Position numbers and translations under genes: made by a program
Source of the DNA: Tagaea sp.
GTDB lineage: Bacteria > Pseudomonadota > Alphaproteobacteria > CACIAM-22H2
DNA length: 64,000 bases
Assembly: GCA_965279525.1 (NCBI GenBank)
Contig: CBDIIB010000004.1
Coordinates: forward strand, 832,001 to 896,000
Reading direction: 5' to 3'
In this document: positions 24,372-33,397 of the stretch, one piece after another
How the letters are laid out: each line of letters begins with the position of its first letter
How positions within the stretch are numbered: the stretch's first letter is position 1
Notes under the pieces: model-generated
Seen by the model: only the letters and a program-made list of their open reading frames with translations
The model's database searches: none
What the model was told of the DNA's origin: nothing

Positions 24372-25757
24372 CTATTTGCCCTTCTTCTTTGCCGCTTTTT
24401 CCGCCGAACGGCGGTCGCGGAATTTCTTTGCCCAGCCAGGCGATGTCGCCGGCCGGCCACGCGCCACGACAAGCGCGTCCGCCGCAACGTCCTGCGTCAC
24501 GACGGACCCCGCCGCGACAAGCGCGCCGTCGCCGATCTTCACGGGTGCGACAAGCGCGCTGTTCGACCCGATGAAGGCGCCCGCCCCGATATCCGTGTGG
24601 AATTTCTCGAAACCGTCGTAGTTGCAGGTGATAGTCCCCGCCCCGACATTCGCCTTGGCCCCGACACGTGCGTCGCCGATGTAGCTGAGGTGATTGACCT
24701 TGGCGCCCGCTTCGACCGTGGCGTTCTTGATCTCGACGAAGTTGCCGACATGCGCGTCGACGCCGATGGCGGCACCCGGGCGCAGGCGCGCGAAGGGTCC
24801 GACGATGGCCCCGTCTGCGACATCCGCACCTTCGAAATGGCAGAAACCCTTGATCGTCGCGCCGCTGCCGATCCGGGTTCCGGGGCCGAAATGCACTGAC
24901 GGATGAACGATCGTGTCGGCACCGATGACGGTGTCGTGGCTGAACCAGACCGAACTCGGATCGACCAGCGTCACGCCCGCAAGCATCGCGGCCTTGCGCG
25001 CGCGCGCCTGGAAGACGGCTTCGAGGGCGGCGAGCTCGACGCGATCATTGGCGGCAAGCCAGTCTTCCGCAGATCCTTCCACCGCGCGTGCCGCATGGCC
25101 GGCCTTGCGCGCCAGCGCCACGGCATCGGTGAGGTAGAGCTCCTTTTGCGCGTTGTTCGGTTCGATGCGCCCGAGGAGATCGAAAAATCCGGCCCCGGCG
25201 AACGCCATCACGCCGGTATTCACGAGGTCGACCTTCCGTTCCGCGGGCGTCGCGTCCTTCGCTTCGACGATGCGCTCGAGCGCACCGTCGGGAGTCGTCA
25301 CCATCCGGCCGTAGGGCCCCGGGTCGGCAAGCCGCACGCCGAGCACGCAGACCGCCGGCCGCTCGGCACCGCGCAGGCCCTCGCGCAGACGGCGGAAAGT
25401 CGCGGCGGACACGAAAGGCGCATCGCCGAGTGCGACCAGGATGTCGCCCGCGAACCCGTCGAGCAGCGCCTTGGCCTGCAGGGCTGCGTGGCCGGTGCCA
25501 CGCCGGTCATGCTGGACGACCGCATCGATCCGCAGTCCCGGTGCGGCCGCACGCGCGGAAGCCAGCACCGCGTCCATGTCCGGGCCGACGACCAGCACCA
25601 CGCGCAAGGCCCCGAGGCCGGCCAGTTCGGCCGCGATGTGGCCGATCAGCGAGCGTCCACCCACTTCGTGCAGCACCTTGGGGTGCTTCGATTTCATCCG
25701 CGTGCCCTGGCCGGCGGCCAGGACGATGACGGCAAGATCGTTGTCGGGCGATGCCAT
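24372..25757 (-). CDS. glmU: Bifunctional UDP-GlcNAc pyrophosphorylase / glucosamine-1-P acetyltransferase
   Basis: LAAGQGTRMKS, GPFARLRPG, GNFVEIK, HLSYIGDA, TCNYDG. Confidence 0.98.
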   Translation of the reverse strand: MASPDNDLAVIVLAAGQGTRMKSKHPKVLHEVGGRSLIGHIAAELAGLGALRVVLVVGPDMDAVLASARAAAPGLRIDAVVQHDRRGTGHAALQAKALLDGFAGDILVALGDAPFVSAATFRRLREGLRGAERPAVCVLGVRLADPGPYGRMVTTPDGALERIVEAKDATPAERKVDLVNTGVMAFAGAGFFDLLGRIEPNNAQKELYLTDAVALARKAGHAARAVEGSAEDWLAANDRVELAALEAVFQARARKAAMLAGVTLVDPSSVWFSHDTVIGADTIVHPSVHFGPGTRIGSGATIKGFCHFEGADVADGAIVGPFARLRPGAAIGVDAHVGNFVEIKNATVEAGAKVNHLSYIGDARVGAKANVGAGTITCNYDGFEKFHTDIGAGAFIGSNSALVAPVKIGDGALVAAGSVVTQDVAADALVVARGRPATSPGWAKKFRDRRSAEKAAKKKGK

Positions 25758-25848
25758 GCGTGCGATATCCCTTCCGATTGCGCGGGCACCTTTCCATACA
25801 GCGCCCGTCCGGCGAAATCACGAATTGTTGCGAGCGGTTACGGATCAC

Positions 25849-26508
25849 ATGAAGCACAGGTTCAATGCCCGGGCCATCGTCTTCGATCTCGACGGCACGC
25901 TTGTCGATTCGGCCGGCGATATCGTCGCCGCCCTCGATACGCTGCTGGTCGAGCGCGGCAGACCTGCCGTCGGACCTGTCGCCGGCCGCGCCATGATCGG
26001 GGACGGTGCGCGCGTTCTGATCGAGCGCGGATTCGCCGCGACCGGCGGGCCCGTCGCCGACATCGATCAGGCGCTGAAGCGCTGGTTCGAGATCTATTCG
26101 GCCGACATCGCCCGGCATTCGCACCCCTATCCCGGCGTTCGCGAGACGCTGGCCGAGTTCCGCCGGCGCGGCCTGCCGCTTGGCGTCTGCACGAACAAGG
26201 CCGATGCGCCCTCGCGTCTGCTCCTCGCCGAGCTCGATCTTGCATCCCCATTTGCCGTCGTCGTCGGCGGCGACGTGGCGCACCGGAAGCCCGACCCGCG
26301 CCACATCCTCGATACGCTCGCTGCCCTTGGCGTGGCGCCGGCCGCAGCCCTGATGGTCGGCGATTCCCCCAACGACGCGAAGGCCGCACAGGCCGCCGGC
26401 GTGCCCGTCGTGATCGTCGACTACGGCTATAGCCACCTGCCCGTGGACGAACTGGGCGCCGATGCGGTTATCTCCGACTTCAGGCAACTGCTGGAGCTCG
26501 TCGAATGA
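25849..26508 (+). CDS. gph: Phosphoglycolate phosphatase (HAD family)
   Basis: FDLDGTLVDS, CTNK, KPDP, MVGDS; divergent from glmU. Confidence 0.85.
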   Translation: MKHRFNARAIVFDLDGTLVDSAGDIVAALDTLLVERGRPAVGPVAGRAMIGDGARVLIERGFAATGGPVADIDQALKRWFEIYSADIARHSHPYPGVRETLAEFRRRGLPLGVCTNKADAPSRLLLAELDLASPFAVVVGGDVAHRKPDPRHILDTLAALGVAPAAALMVGDSPNDAKAAQAAGVPVVIVDYGYSHLPVDELGADAVISDFRQLLELVE

Positions 26509-26963
26509 TTCCGAATCTGGCCGACAACGAGTCCATCTCCCACCTGATCCAGATCGCCATTGCGCCGGTCTTCCTGCTCAACGGCCTTGGCATATTGCTC
26601 AACGTCTTCACGGGCCGCCTGGCACGCGTCGTCGACCGGATGCGGATTGCCGCCAACCAGATCCGGGCCATTACCGACGAGGCGCGCCGCCCGCAGCTCG
26701 AACGAGAACTTGCCTACCAGCGCCGCCGGCTGACGATCGTCAACGGTGCCATAGCACTCGTCGCCATTTCGGCATTCTTGACCTGTTGTGCGATCCTGGC
26801 ACTGTTCGTCGGCGGCCTCGCACGCGCCAACCAGTCGCCCCTGCCGCTCGGCCTTTTCGCGGCGGCCGTCATCGCGGTCATCGCCGCATTGGGGCTTTTC
26901 CTTGCCGAAGTGCGCGTCTCGGGCAGGGCGCTGGCCGCCGAGACGGACGACCTGAAAACCTGA
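26505..26963 (+). CDS. DUF2721-like membrane protein
   Basis: IAPVFLL...RLARVVDR pattern, three hydrophobic helices; ATGA overlap with gph. Confidence 0.75.
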   Translation: MIPNLADNESISHLIQIAIAPVFLLNGLGILLNVFTGRLARVVDRMRIAANQIRAITDEARRPQLERELAYQRRRLTIVNGAIALVAISAFLTCCAILALFVGGLARANQSPLPLGLFAAAVIAVIAALGLFLAEVRVSGRALAAETDDLKT

Positions 26964-26971
26964 CGGAACCG

Positions 26972-27802
26972 TCAGTCGATCGCTGCGGCCTGCCCGACAT
27001 ATCGCACTTCGCGCAGATGGCCGACGACCGTGCCGAACCATGCCTCGAACTCGATCCGCACGGGCGCCTTGGCGGATCCGGCACCGAATTCGGCCATGTA
27101 GGCCCGCCCTGAACGCCGGTCGCCGTCGGCGCGGGCCGGCACGCCCGGCCGGCGCAGACGGCCGGCGATCGGGACCCAGTGGAATTCGCAGATCCGTGCC
27201 TCACCGCTGAAGATCGATGCCGTATCCGACGCGACCTCGCCCATGCCGCGATCGGTGAAAACGATGTCGTAGCGCTGGCGGCCGTCGAACACCGGCGTGC
27301 GCGCGTCGCAGCCCTGCCCTTCGTTGATCCGGCGGATCACGGACATGATCGCCGACCCCGGATCGATGGCACCGCGGCGCTGTTCCGGCGTGACCTCGTC
27401 GCGATTGTCGTCCTGGTTTGTCGGAATCGCGTCGACGCGGAGCAGTTCGCCATCGCGATAGTCCATTTCGACGCTGCGAACCTTGCCACGCGACTGGCCG
27501 TTGACGCGGAATGTCTCCGGCTGCATCCCGCTGCCGATGAAACGCCCGCGGACGTCCGTCGACGACTGCCACGGCCAGATCCAGCTCAGCACGCCGGCGG
27601 ACGCCTGGCGCGTCGAGATGCTGTAATTGTTGCCCACGACGCCGAATTCCAGGGACATCCCGGCGATGCGACCGCCTGCGAACACGTCGTATACGAGTTC
27701 GACGCGATCACCCGGAACCCAGGCGTGACTCTCCTGCCCGACAGCCGGACCAGCCGCCGCCAGGACGAGTGCAAACCCGAATGCCGCCTGCAGATTCGCC
27801 AT
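26972..27802 (-). CDS. DUF3108-like exported protein
   Basis: Signal-peptide-like N-terminus; DP, VFDGRQRYD and PVR motifs. Confidence 0.7.
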   Translation of the reverse strand: MANLQAAFGFALVLAAAGPAVGQESHAWVPGDRVELVYDVFAGGRIAGMSLEFGVVGNNYSISTRQASAGVLSWIWPWQSSTDVRGRFIGSGMQPETFRVNGQSRGKVRSVEMDYRDGELLRVDAIPTNQDDNRDEVTPEQRRGAIDPGSAIMSVIRRINEGQGCDARTPVFDGRQRYDIVFTDRGMGEVASDTASIFSGEARICEFHWVPIAGRLRRPGVPARADGDRRSGRAYMAEFGAGSAKAPVRIEFEAWFGTVVGHLREVRYVGQAAAID

Positions 27803-27875
27803 CGAACCCCCGGGTAAAACTAACACACCGATGGATATGTGTCGTGGGAATGGAAATGGAAGCCCGGACGCTTCC

Positions 27876-27904
27876 TTGACACCCGGAAATCACCCGCTTA
27901 TACC
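27876..27904 (+). promoter_or_regulatory. Sigma70 promoter of tRNA-Val
   Basis: TTGACA (27876-27881), 17 nt spacer, TATACC (27899-27904), 20 nt before the tRNA. Confidence 0.75.
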
Positions 27905-27924
27905 CCGCATCCACGAACCGGATC

Positions 27925-27999
27925 GGGCGCTTAGCTCAGCGGCAGAGCACGGCTTTCACACGGCCGGGGTCGTAGGTTCAATCCCTACAGCGCCCACCA
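27925..27999 (+). tRNA. tRNA-Val (anticodon CAC)
   Basis: Acceptor GGGCGCT/AGCGCCC, D-stem GCTC/GAGC, anticodon stem CGGCT/GGCCG with loop TTCACAC, T-arm GTAGG-TTCAATC-CCTAC, encoded CCA. Confidence 0.97.
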
Positions 28000-28050
28000 G
28001 TTCGTCTCCCTGATTTTCAATGTCATCCAGCAGGCCGCCGGCGGTGGCCG

Positions 28051-28066
28051 GTTAACACTTGATTCA
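28051..28066. promoter_or_regulatory. CtrA-like site
   Basis: GTTAA-CACTTGA-TTCA, one mismatch from TTAA-N7-TTAA; overlaps a GANTC site. Confidence 0.35.
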
Positions 28067-28120
28067 TCCCTTCTCGCCAAGATGCGGGCACGTCCCGACA
28101 CCCCCCGATTCGACCGAGAA

Positions 28121-28456
28121 ATGACCGACACACTCATCAACGACCGCATCTACATCGGCTCCAATTCCGTCGCCCAGTGGTTCGTCACGCTGGGCGACAG
28201 CGAAAGCAAGCCGTGCCTGGTCGCCCACCAGGTCTTCATCGACGCACCCAAGCAGATGAATGCGGTCGCGCGCCAGTTGGCGAGCGGGCGGCTGTTCTTC
28301 TCGCTCAAGCAACTCGAAACGCTGATGCAGATCCGCCACGGCGTCGAGGTGTCGCTTGCGGACAGCGATCGCATGCGGATCGACCGCCATATGCGCGGCA
28401 TTACGCCGACTGCGGCGATTTCCGGAACGCCGGGTTCCACACCTTCCGCTGCCTGA
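28121..28456 (+). CDS. Hypothetical protein (111 aa)
   Basis: Fills the gap between tRNA and msrA; natural composition and GC3-rich codons; no family recognised. Confidence 0.65.
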   Translation: MTDTLINDRIYIGSNSVAQWFVTLGDSESKPCLVAHQVFIDAPKQMNAVARQLASGRLFFSLKQLETLMQIRHGVEVSLADSDRMRIDRHMRGITPTAAISGTPGSTPSAA

Positions 28457-28520
28457 GCGCGCTTGACGCGCAACCTTTCGCACCCCAACTTCGAACCGGG
28501 TCCGAACTCAGGAGGTCGCG

Positions 28521-29189
28521 ATGTTCGCGTTCATGCGCAAAAAGGCCGTCATGCCGCTCCCCGGGGACGCCCCGCAGGGCCGAACGGCCCGCATGCCCGT
28601 TCCTGCCAAGCATTTCGTCAACAGCCAGCCCCTCCAGCCGCCCCACCCGGCGGGCATGATGCCGGCCATGTTCGGGCTTGGTTGCTTCTGGGGTGCCGAG
28701 CGCAAGTTCTGGCAGCTTGCCGGCGTCCACGTCACTGCGGTCGGGTATGCGGGCGGTTTCACGCCAAATCCGACCTACGAGGAAGTCTGCAGCGGCGCCA
28801 CCGGCCACAACGAGGTCGTCCACGTCGTGTACGACCCGTCAAAGCTGGGTTACGACGCCCTGCTGAAGGCGTTCTGGGAGTCGCACGATCCGACCCAGGG
28901 CATGCGCCAAGGCAACGACGTCGGCACACAGTATCGCTCGGGCATCTATACGTTCTCGCCCGAACAGCATGCGACGGCGCTCGCATCCAAAGCAGCCTAT
29001 GAACCGCTGCTCGCCAAGGCAGGTCTCGATCCGATCACCACGGAGATCGTCGCGGCACCCGAGTTTTTTTACGCCGAGGCGTATCACCAGCAGTATCTCG
29101 CCAAGAATCCCGACGGCTATTGCGGACTTGGCGGGACGGGCGTGGCTTGCCCGATCGGTACCGGCGTGAAGTCGGCTGCGGTGGGCTGA
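28521..29189 (+). CDS. msrA: Peptide-methionine (S)-S-oxide reductase
   Basis: [30 protein letters not shown]; AGGAGG SD. Confidence 0.97.
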   Translation: MFAFMRKKAVMPLPGDAPQGRTARMPVPAKHFVNSQPLQPPHPAGMMPAMFGLGCFWGAERKFWQLAGVHVTAVGYAGGFTPNPTYEEVCSGATGHNEVVHVVYDPSKLGYDALLKAFWESHDPTQGMRQGNDVGTQYRSGIYTFSPEQHATALASKAAYEPLLAKAGLDPITTEIVAAPEFFYAEAYHQQYLAKNPDGYCGLGGTGVACPIGTGVKSAAVG

Positions 29190-29371
29190 GCGACTGGAGC
29201 TCGCGGGATTGCGTAATGCAAATCCTTGGCAAACTTTAGGAAATAACGCGAACTTATCGACACGTGAGTGACAGCCGTCACCGCAATTTGCGTGACTTCC
29301 ACCTACAAATTCCGCAAATCTTGCAATGCACACTGGCGAATCCATTTTCGCCACGAGTTGCGTATTGGGCC

Positions 29372-30565
29372 ATGTCGGAAACCGAACTCGAAGACGTAAA
29401 AAAGTATCTCGCGGCAACGAAGGCAGCACTTGCCGGCGCACCGCAGAAACCGCACGACCTGTCCCACAAGAACCTCGCGAAAGCGAATTTCGAGGGACGG
29501 TCGATGGCGCGGGCGCGCCTGATGGGATCCAACTTGAGCGAGGCGCGGCTGGCGCGCACCGAACTCACGGAAGCCGATCTTTTCGGCGCCAACCTCACCT
29601 TTGCCGACATGAACGGCGCCAATCTCAGCGGTGCCGTGCTGCGCGGGGCCGCCCTCAAGGGCGCCAACATGAACGGCGCAAATCTGTCCGGCGCCGATTT
29701 CCGCGGCGGCGTGATGATGGGCGCTTCGGGTTCCGGGCGCATCGGTCTCGACGTGACCGACCTGACGGACTGCCTTGCGGAATACGCGACCGCCTCGCGG
29801 GCCCAGATGGCCGGCGTCGACCTGTCGGGCGCCAGCTTCCTGGGTGCCAATCTCGAGGGTGCAATCCTGTTCGGTGCCAATCTCGCCAACACCAACCTTG
29901 CCTACGCCAACCTGCGCGGCGCCGATCTTTCGGATGCGCGCATGGGCAAGACCTCGCTGATCGGCGCCGACCTGTCCGGCGCCAAGCTCGCCAACGCGAA
30001 AGCCGATGGCGCCGATTTTTCCGGCGCCAGGATGTCCGCAGCCGAGACCAAGAATCTCGACCTTTCGAGATCCATCATCGCGGCAAAGCCGCCGCTGCTC
30101 GGGCGGGACAAGCTGCCTGGGCCTCTACGCACGGCACTCGACAATCATGCCGAGTGGCTCGCCTCGGTCGGGCGGAAGGGTAGCCCCGCCGTCCTCGAAG
30201 GCGCCGATTTCAGCCATTTCGACCTGTCGGGCATCGACCTCAGCGGTGCGGTGCTGCGCAAGGCGCGATTCATCGGCACGCGACTGGCGGGTGCCATCCT
30301 TCTGTTGACGAACCTGCGCAGCGCCGATTTTTTCCATGCCGACCTGAGCGGCGCCAAGCTCCACGGGGCGATGTTCGACGGTGCCAAGATGCGCGAGACG
30401 GAGCTGTCGGACGCGATCGCCGGCACGCTGCCGATCTCGAACAGCGACGGAACGCAATCGACCCGCGCTCAGCCGACGAGCTTCATGCACGCCGACCTGA
30501 CCGGCGCACGCGTCAAGGGCTTCAATATCGGTCACGCCAATACCGAAGGCGCGCGACTTCCCTGA
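29372..30565 (+). CDS. Two-module pentapeptide-repeat protein
   Basis: Long A(D/N)LSG-type repeats in two blocks separated by the helical LDNHAEWLASVGRKG segment. Confidence 0.92.
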   Translation: MSETELEDVKKYLAATKAALAGAPQKPHDLSHKNLAKANFEGRSMARARLMGSNLSEARLARTELTEADLFGANLTFADMNGANLSGAVLRGAALKGANMNGANLSGADFRGGVMMGASGSGRIGLDVTDLTDCLAEYATASRAQMAGVDLSGASFLGANLEGAILFGANLANTNLAYANLRGADLSDARMGKTSLIGADLSGAKLANAKADGADFSGARMSAAETKNLDLSRSIIAAKPPLLGRDKLPGPLRTALDNHAEWLASVGRKGSPAVLEGADFSHFDLSGIDLSGAVLRKARFIGTRLAGAILLLTNLRSADFFHADLSGAKLHGAMFDGAKMRETELSDAIAGTLPISNSDGTQSTRAQPTSFMHADLTGARVKGFNIGHANTEGARLP

Positions 30566-30569
30566 ATGC

Positions 30570-31688
30570 TCAGCCGGTCGGGCGCACGAGCGTCAGCTCG
30601 GCATGCTGCAGCCCGCAATAATAGGGATCGACCCCGTCGAGGAACGCATTGAGCTTCATGTTGAAGCAATAGTGCTCGAACCCGTGCTTGTCGACGACGC
30701 GGATTTTCTGACGCTGGAAGCGGCCCTCGGGCATGCGCCGGCCGGTAAGATAGAGCGCGGTCCGCTCGATCCTGTGACCCATCACCGGCAGATCGATCAG
30801 TCGAGACAGGGCGCCGGCGACGCGCTCGACGAACTGTTCCTCGTCGATCCAGACGCCGTTGACGTCGTCCCAGCGATGGAACGCGCCGACCAGGATCTGG
30901 TCGGGGCGGCAATTGGCGACGAGGCGCGCAACCTGGATCGTGACATCGCCGACGATGAAGTCGTTGCGGCTGGTGCCGGTACGGTCGGGCTGGCGGTAGT
31001 TGTAGTGACTGCCGATGCCCAGAACGGCGCGCAGCCCCGGGACCGCTTCGGGCACCGTGACGGAGCGGCGCAACGCCGCATGGAAAATGGCGAACAGCAC
31101 GTAGCCCAGGAACAGGTCGATGTCCGCGCCGAGGCCCTTGCGCTCGTTCCAGACATAGAACCCGTCGCCCGTCGTCGACCGGCACATCTGGAAGTCGATG
31201 TTGTGGGCAAGGGCAGTCTCGGCGGCGATGTTGAGCGCGAATTCGAGCGTCGCGAGCTGGCTTGCCTGCTGCTCGGGCAGCAGCTTCGAGAATCCGACAA
31301 TGTCGAGCAGCAGGACGGCGCGCTGGTCGGTCTTGGTGACGGCAAACGGCGCGAAAACCTCCTCGACGACCGAGGCCGGCGTCTGGTCGGGGCCATCGCC
31401 GATCGACTGCGTGAGGCGCAGGTCGAGTGCCCGCGACTGCAACGCCTCTGATATCTCCTCGAACGTCTTGTCGCCCATCTGGCGACCGCCGACGAACACG
31501 CGACGCGGCGCGTCCTTCAGGGCGAACAGCCGGATCTTCGGCGCCGTCAGGATCTCCATGCCTGTCGCCGTCGGTCGCCAGCCAACAAGCGCGTTTGACC
31601 CGAACCGCCACACGGAATAGAGCGTGCGGTGCAGTTCGGCGCGGATCTCCGGCGCGGTATCGGCCGTGTATGTCTGGTCGTTCGGCAT
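30570..31688 (-). CDS. Divergent soluble class III nucleotide cyclase-like protein
   Basis: LLLDIVGFS, STTGDGFYV, IVGDVTIQVARL, DQILVG and DKHG in class III order; ~120 aa unknown N-terminal domain. Confidence 0.72.
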   Translation of the reverse strand: MPNDQTYTADTAPEIRAELHRTLYSVWRFGSNALVGWRPTATGMEILTAPKIRLFALKDAPRRVFVGGRQMGDKTFEEISEALQSRALDLRLTQSIGDGPDQTPASVVEEVFAPFAVTKTDQRAVLLLDIVGFSKLLPEQQASQLATLEFALNIAAETALAHNIDFQMCRSTTGDGFYVWNERKGLGADIDLFLGYVLFAIFHAALRRSVTVPEAVPGLRAVLGIGSHYNYRQPDRTGTSRNDFIVGDVTIQVARLVANCRPDQILVGAFHRWDDVNGVWIDEEQFVERVAGALSRLIDLPVMGHRIERTALYLTGRRMPEGRFQRQKIRVVDKHGFEHYCFNMKLNAFLDGVDPYYCGLQHAELTLVRPTG

Positions 31689-31764
31689 TGGCTACACAAA
31701 GCTTATACCGGAAACACCGCCGGATTCACCGGTCGTCGGCGGGCGGGCGCCCGAACCTGCGGCC

Positions 31765-32079
31765 CTATTGGCCGAGATCGACGAAGTAGCCGCCGCCCGG
31801 CGGCTCGGCGAGCGGCGCGAACCGTTCGACGCGCCCCTGACGTCGCGCGTCCAGCAGATAGCGTCCAACCGGCTGGAAGAGCGTCTCGCCGCCACCGGGA
31901 ACGGGCGGATCGATATGCACGGAATAGCTGCGGGGTGCAGGCGCAACCCGCTCTTCGATCAGGCGCCTCAGCCTGTCGAGAGCCTCGCCGCGTGCAAGCC
32001 CCCGAAGATCGAGGACAGCTTCCGCTTCCGGCAATTCGCCAAGAAGGTGGCGAGCCTGTTCTGGATCCAGGAATGGCAT
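31765..32079 (-). CDS. Small Smr-domain-like protein (degenerate)
   Basis: LDLRGLARGEALDRL resembles Smr LDLHG; C-terminal GGGYFVDL resembles the Smr terminal strand. Confidence 0.55.
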   Translation of the reverse strand: MPFLDPEQARHLLGELPEAEAVLDLRGLARGEALDRLRRLIEERVAPAPRSYSVHIDPPVPGGGETLFQPVGRYLLDARRQGRVERFAPLAEPPGGGYFVDLGQ

Positions 32080-32125
32080 GGAAGGACCATGTCGCGGTAT
32101 CCGGCGACTTGTCCAGTCCGGTCGA

Positions 32126-33397
32126 TCAGAGGCCCGACCGGACCCGATCGAGAAGCTGTCCGAAGCCGTCGACCCATGGGCCGATCGAATGGTTCCGCGC
32201 GACGTGCGCCCGCCCTGCACGCGAAAGACGAAGGCGCAGCGCCCGGTCGCCCGCCAAAGCCTCCATCGCCGCACCGAGATTGGCCGAGAAAGCTGCGTCG
32301 TAGGATTTCATCAACGGCTCGAACGTCTGGTTGAGAAATCCCCATGCGTCATACCACGACGTGCGACCGAGCCGTCCCTTGACCGCGATCCCCGTTTCGC
32401 CGTCGGTCACGAACTCGTCGACCGCCGGCGCATCGGACGCGATGGTCGCGGCACCGCAGGCCATGCTCTGGAGCAGAGACACCGTATGGAGCCCGCAGGA
32501 CGGGATCAGGAAAACGTCGGCGCGCAGGAACAGATCGATAAACTCGGGAAATCCGAGCCGTGTGTCGACGATCTCGACGTTCGGGATCGAACGGACGAAC
32601 GTCTCGAAATCCGGACCGAACATCTTGGGAATCTGCGTGCGCAGGATCAGCCGGCAATCGGGCCGCCGCGCGACGAGCGCACCGAACGCGGCCAGAGTCT
32701 CCATGCCGCCACGCAGCACGAAGCTTTCATCCTGCTGGCCCCACGAGTTGGTGAACAGGAACGTGCAGCCCGAACGCGTCGCGCGTGCGTCCTGTGCTGC
32801 GTCGATGCGCGCCTGGAGCTCGGGCGGGAACGCGATCCCGAACGGGATATAGTGGGATTTCGCCTCGATCTTCGGACTGTCGAACAGCCGGCCGATGAAC
32901 GCGTGGCTGTGCCGCAGATGGGACGAGATCGCGCGGCAGCGCTCGCTTTCCAGCATCGCGCGCACGAGCTGCCAGACCGGCGTCGCCCGGACATCGACGT
33001 TCCCCGTCTTGCCGTGCCACAGGAACGGCGCGAACAGCGTCATCAGTTCCTCTATATGCGACATCCAGGGCCGCTGGCCGAACACGAACGGCATCGAATG
33101 CGGAAGAGTCAGGTCGGGACCTGCCGCGACGACCTGCGCCTGGCTCTCCAGGTCGCGGCTCTCGACGAACTGGATGATCGCTTCGCGCGGCACGGACGGT
33201 ACGGCAAGGGCGAGCTCCTCGACCAGCGCATCGCGTTCGGCAGCTGCAACCGCTCGGTGGCCCGCATCGGGTGCGGGCAGGTCGAGCAGGAACTCGTAGC
33301 CCTCGCGCGGCGCCAGCAGGCTCGTCATCATCGGATGGTCGCCGCCGAGCCATTGGAAGATCGGCGTGCGCCAGGGTGCGGCGACACGGAAGCTCAA
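32126..33397 (-). CDS. Glycosyltransferase, GT-B fold, GT4-like
   Basis: C-terminal ADVFLIPS...SMACG...VTDGETG; TTG start overlapping the methyltransferase stop. Confidence 0.82.
   Translation of the reverse strand: MSFRVAAPWRTPIFQWLGGDHPMMTSLLAPREGYEFLLDLPAPDAGHRAVAAAERDALVEELALAVPSVPREAIIQFVESRDLESQAQVVAAGPDLTLPHSMPFVFGQRPWMSHIEELMTLFAPFLWHGKTGNVDVRATPVWQLVRAMLESERCRAISSHLRHSHAFIGRLFDSPKIEAKSHYIPFGIAFPPELQARIDAAQDARATRSGCTFLFTNSWGQQDESFVLRGGMETLAAFGALVARRPDCRLILRTQIPKMFGPDFETFVRSIPNVEIVDTRLGFPEFIDLFLRADVFLIPSCGLHTVSLLQSMACGAATIASDAPAVDEFVTDGETGIAVKGRLGRTSWYDAWGFLNQTFEPLMKSYDAAFSANLGAAMEALAGDRALRLRLSRAGRAHVARNHSIGPWVDGFGQLLDRVRSGL

Noticed and set aside
29190-29371. AT-rich spacer with short inverted repeats (for example TGGCGAA/TTCGCCA) before the pentapeptide gene
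   Set aside because: Probably promoter DNA, but I could not match a sigma54, CtrA or other defined motif.
29372-30565. Periodic 15-nt repeats resembling an array
   Set aside because: They encode pentapeptide repeats; there is no repeat-spacer structure and no cas gene, so not CRISPR.
30570-32079. Canonical Pycsar defence system
   Set aside because: No adjacent cyclic-nucleotide-binding TIR or transmembrane effector; kept only as an atypical cyclase finding.
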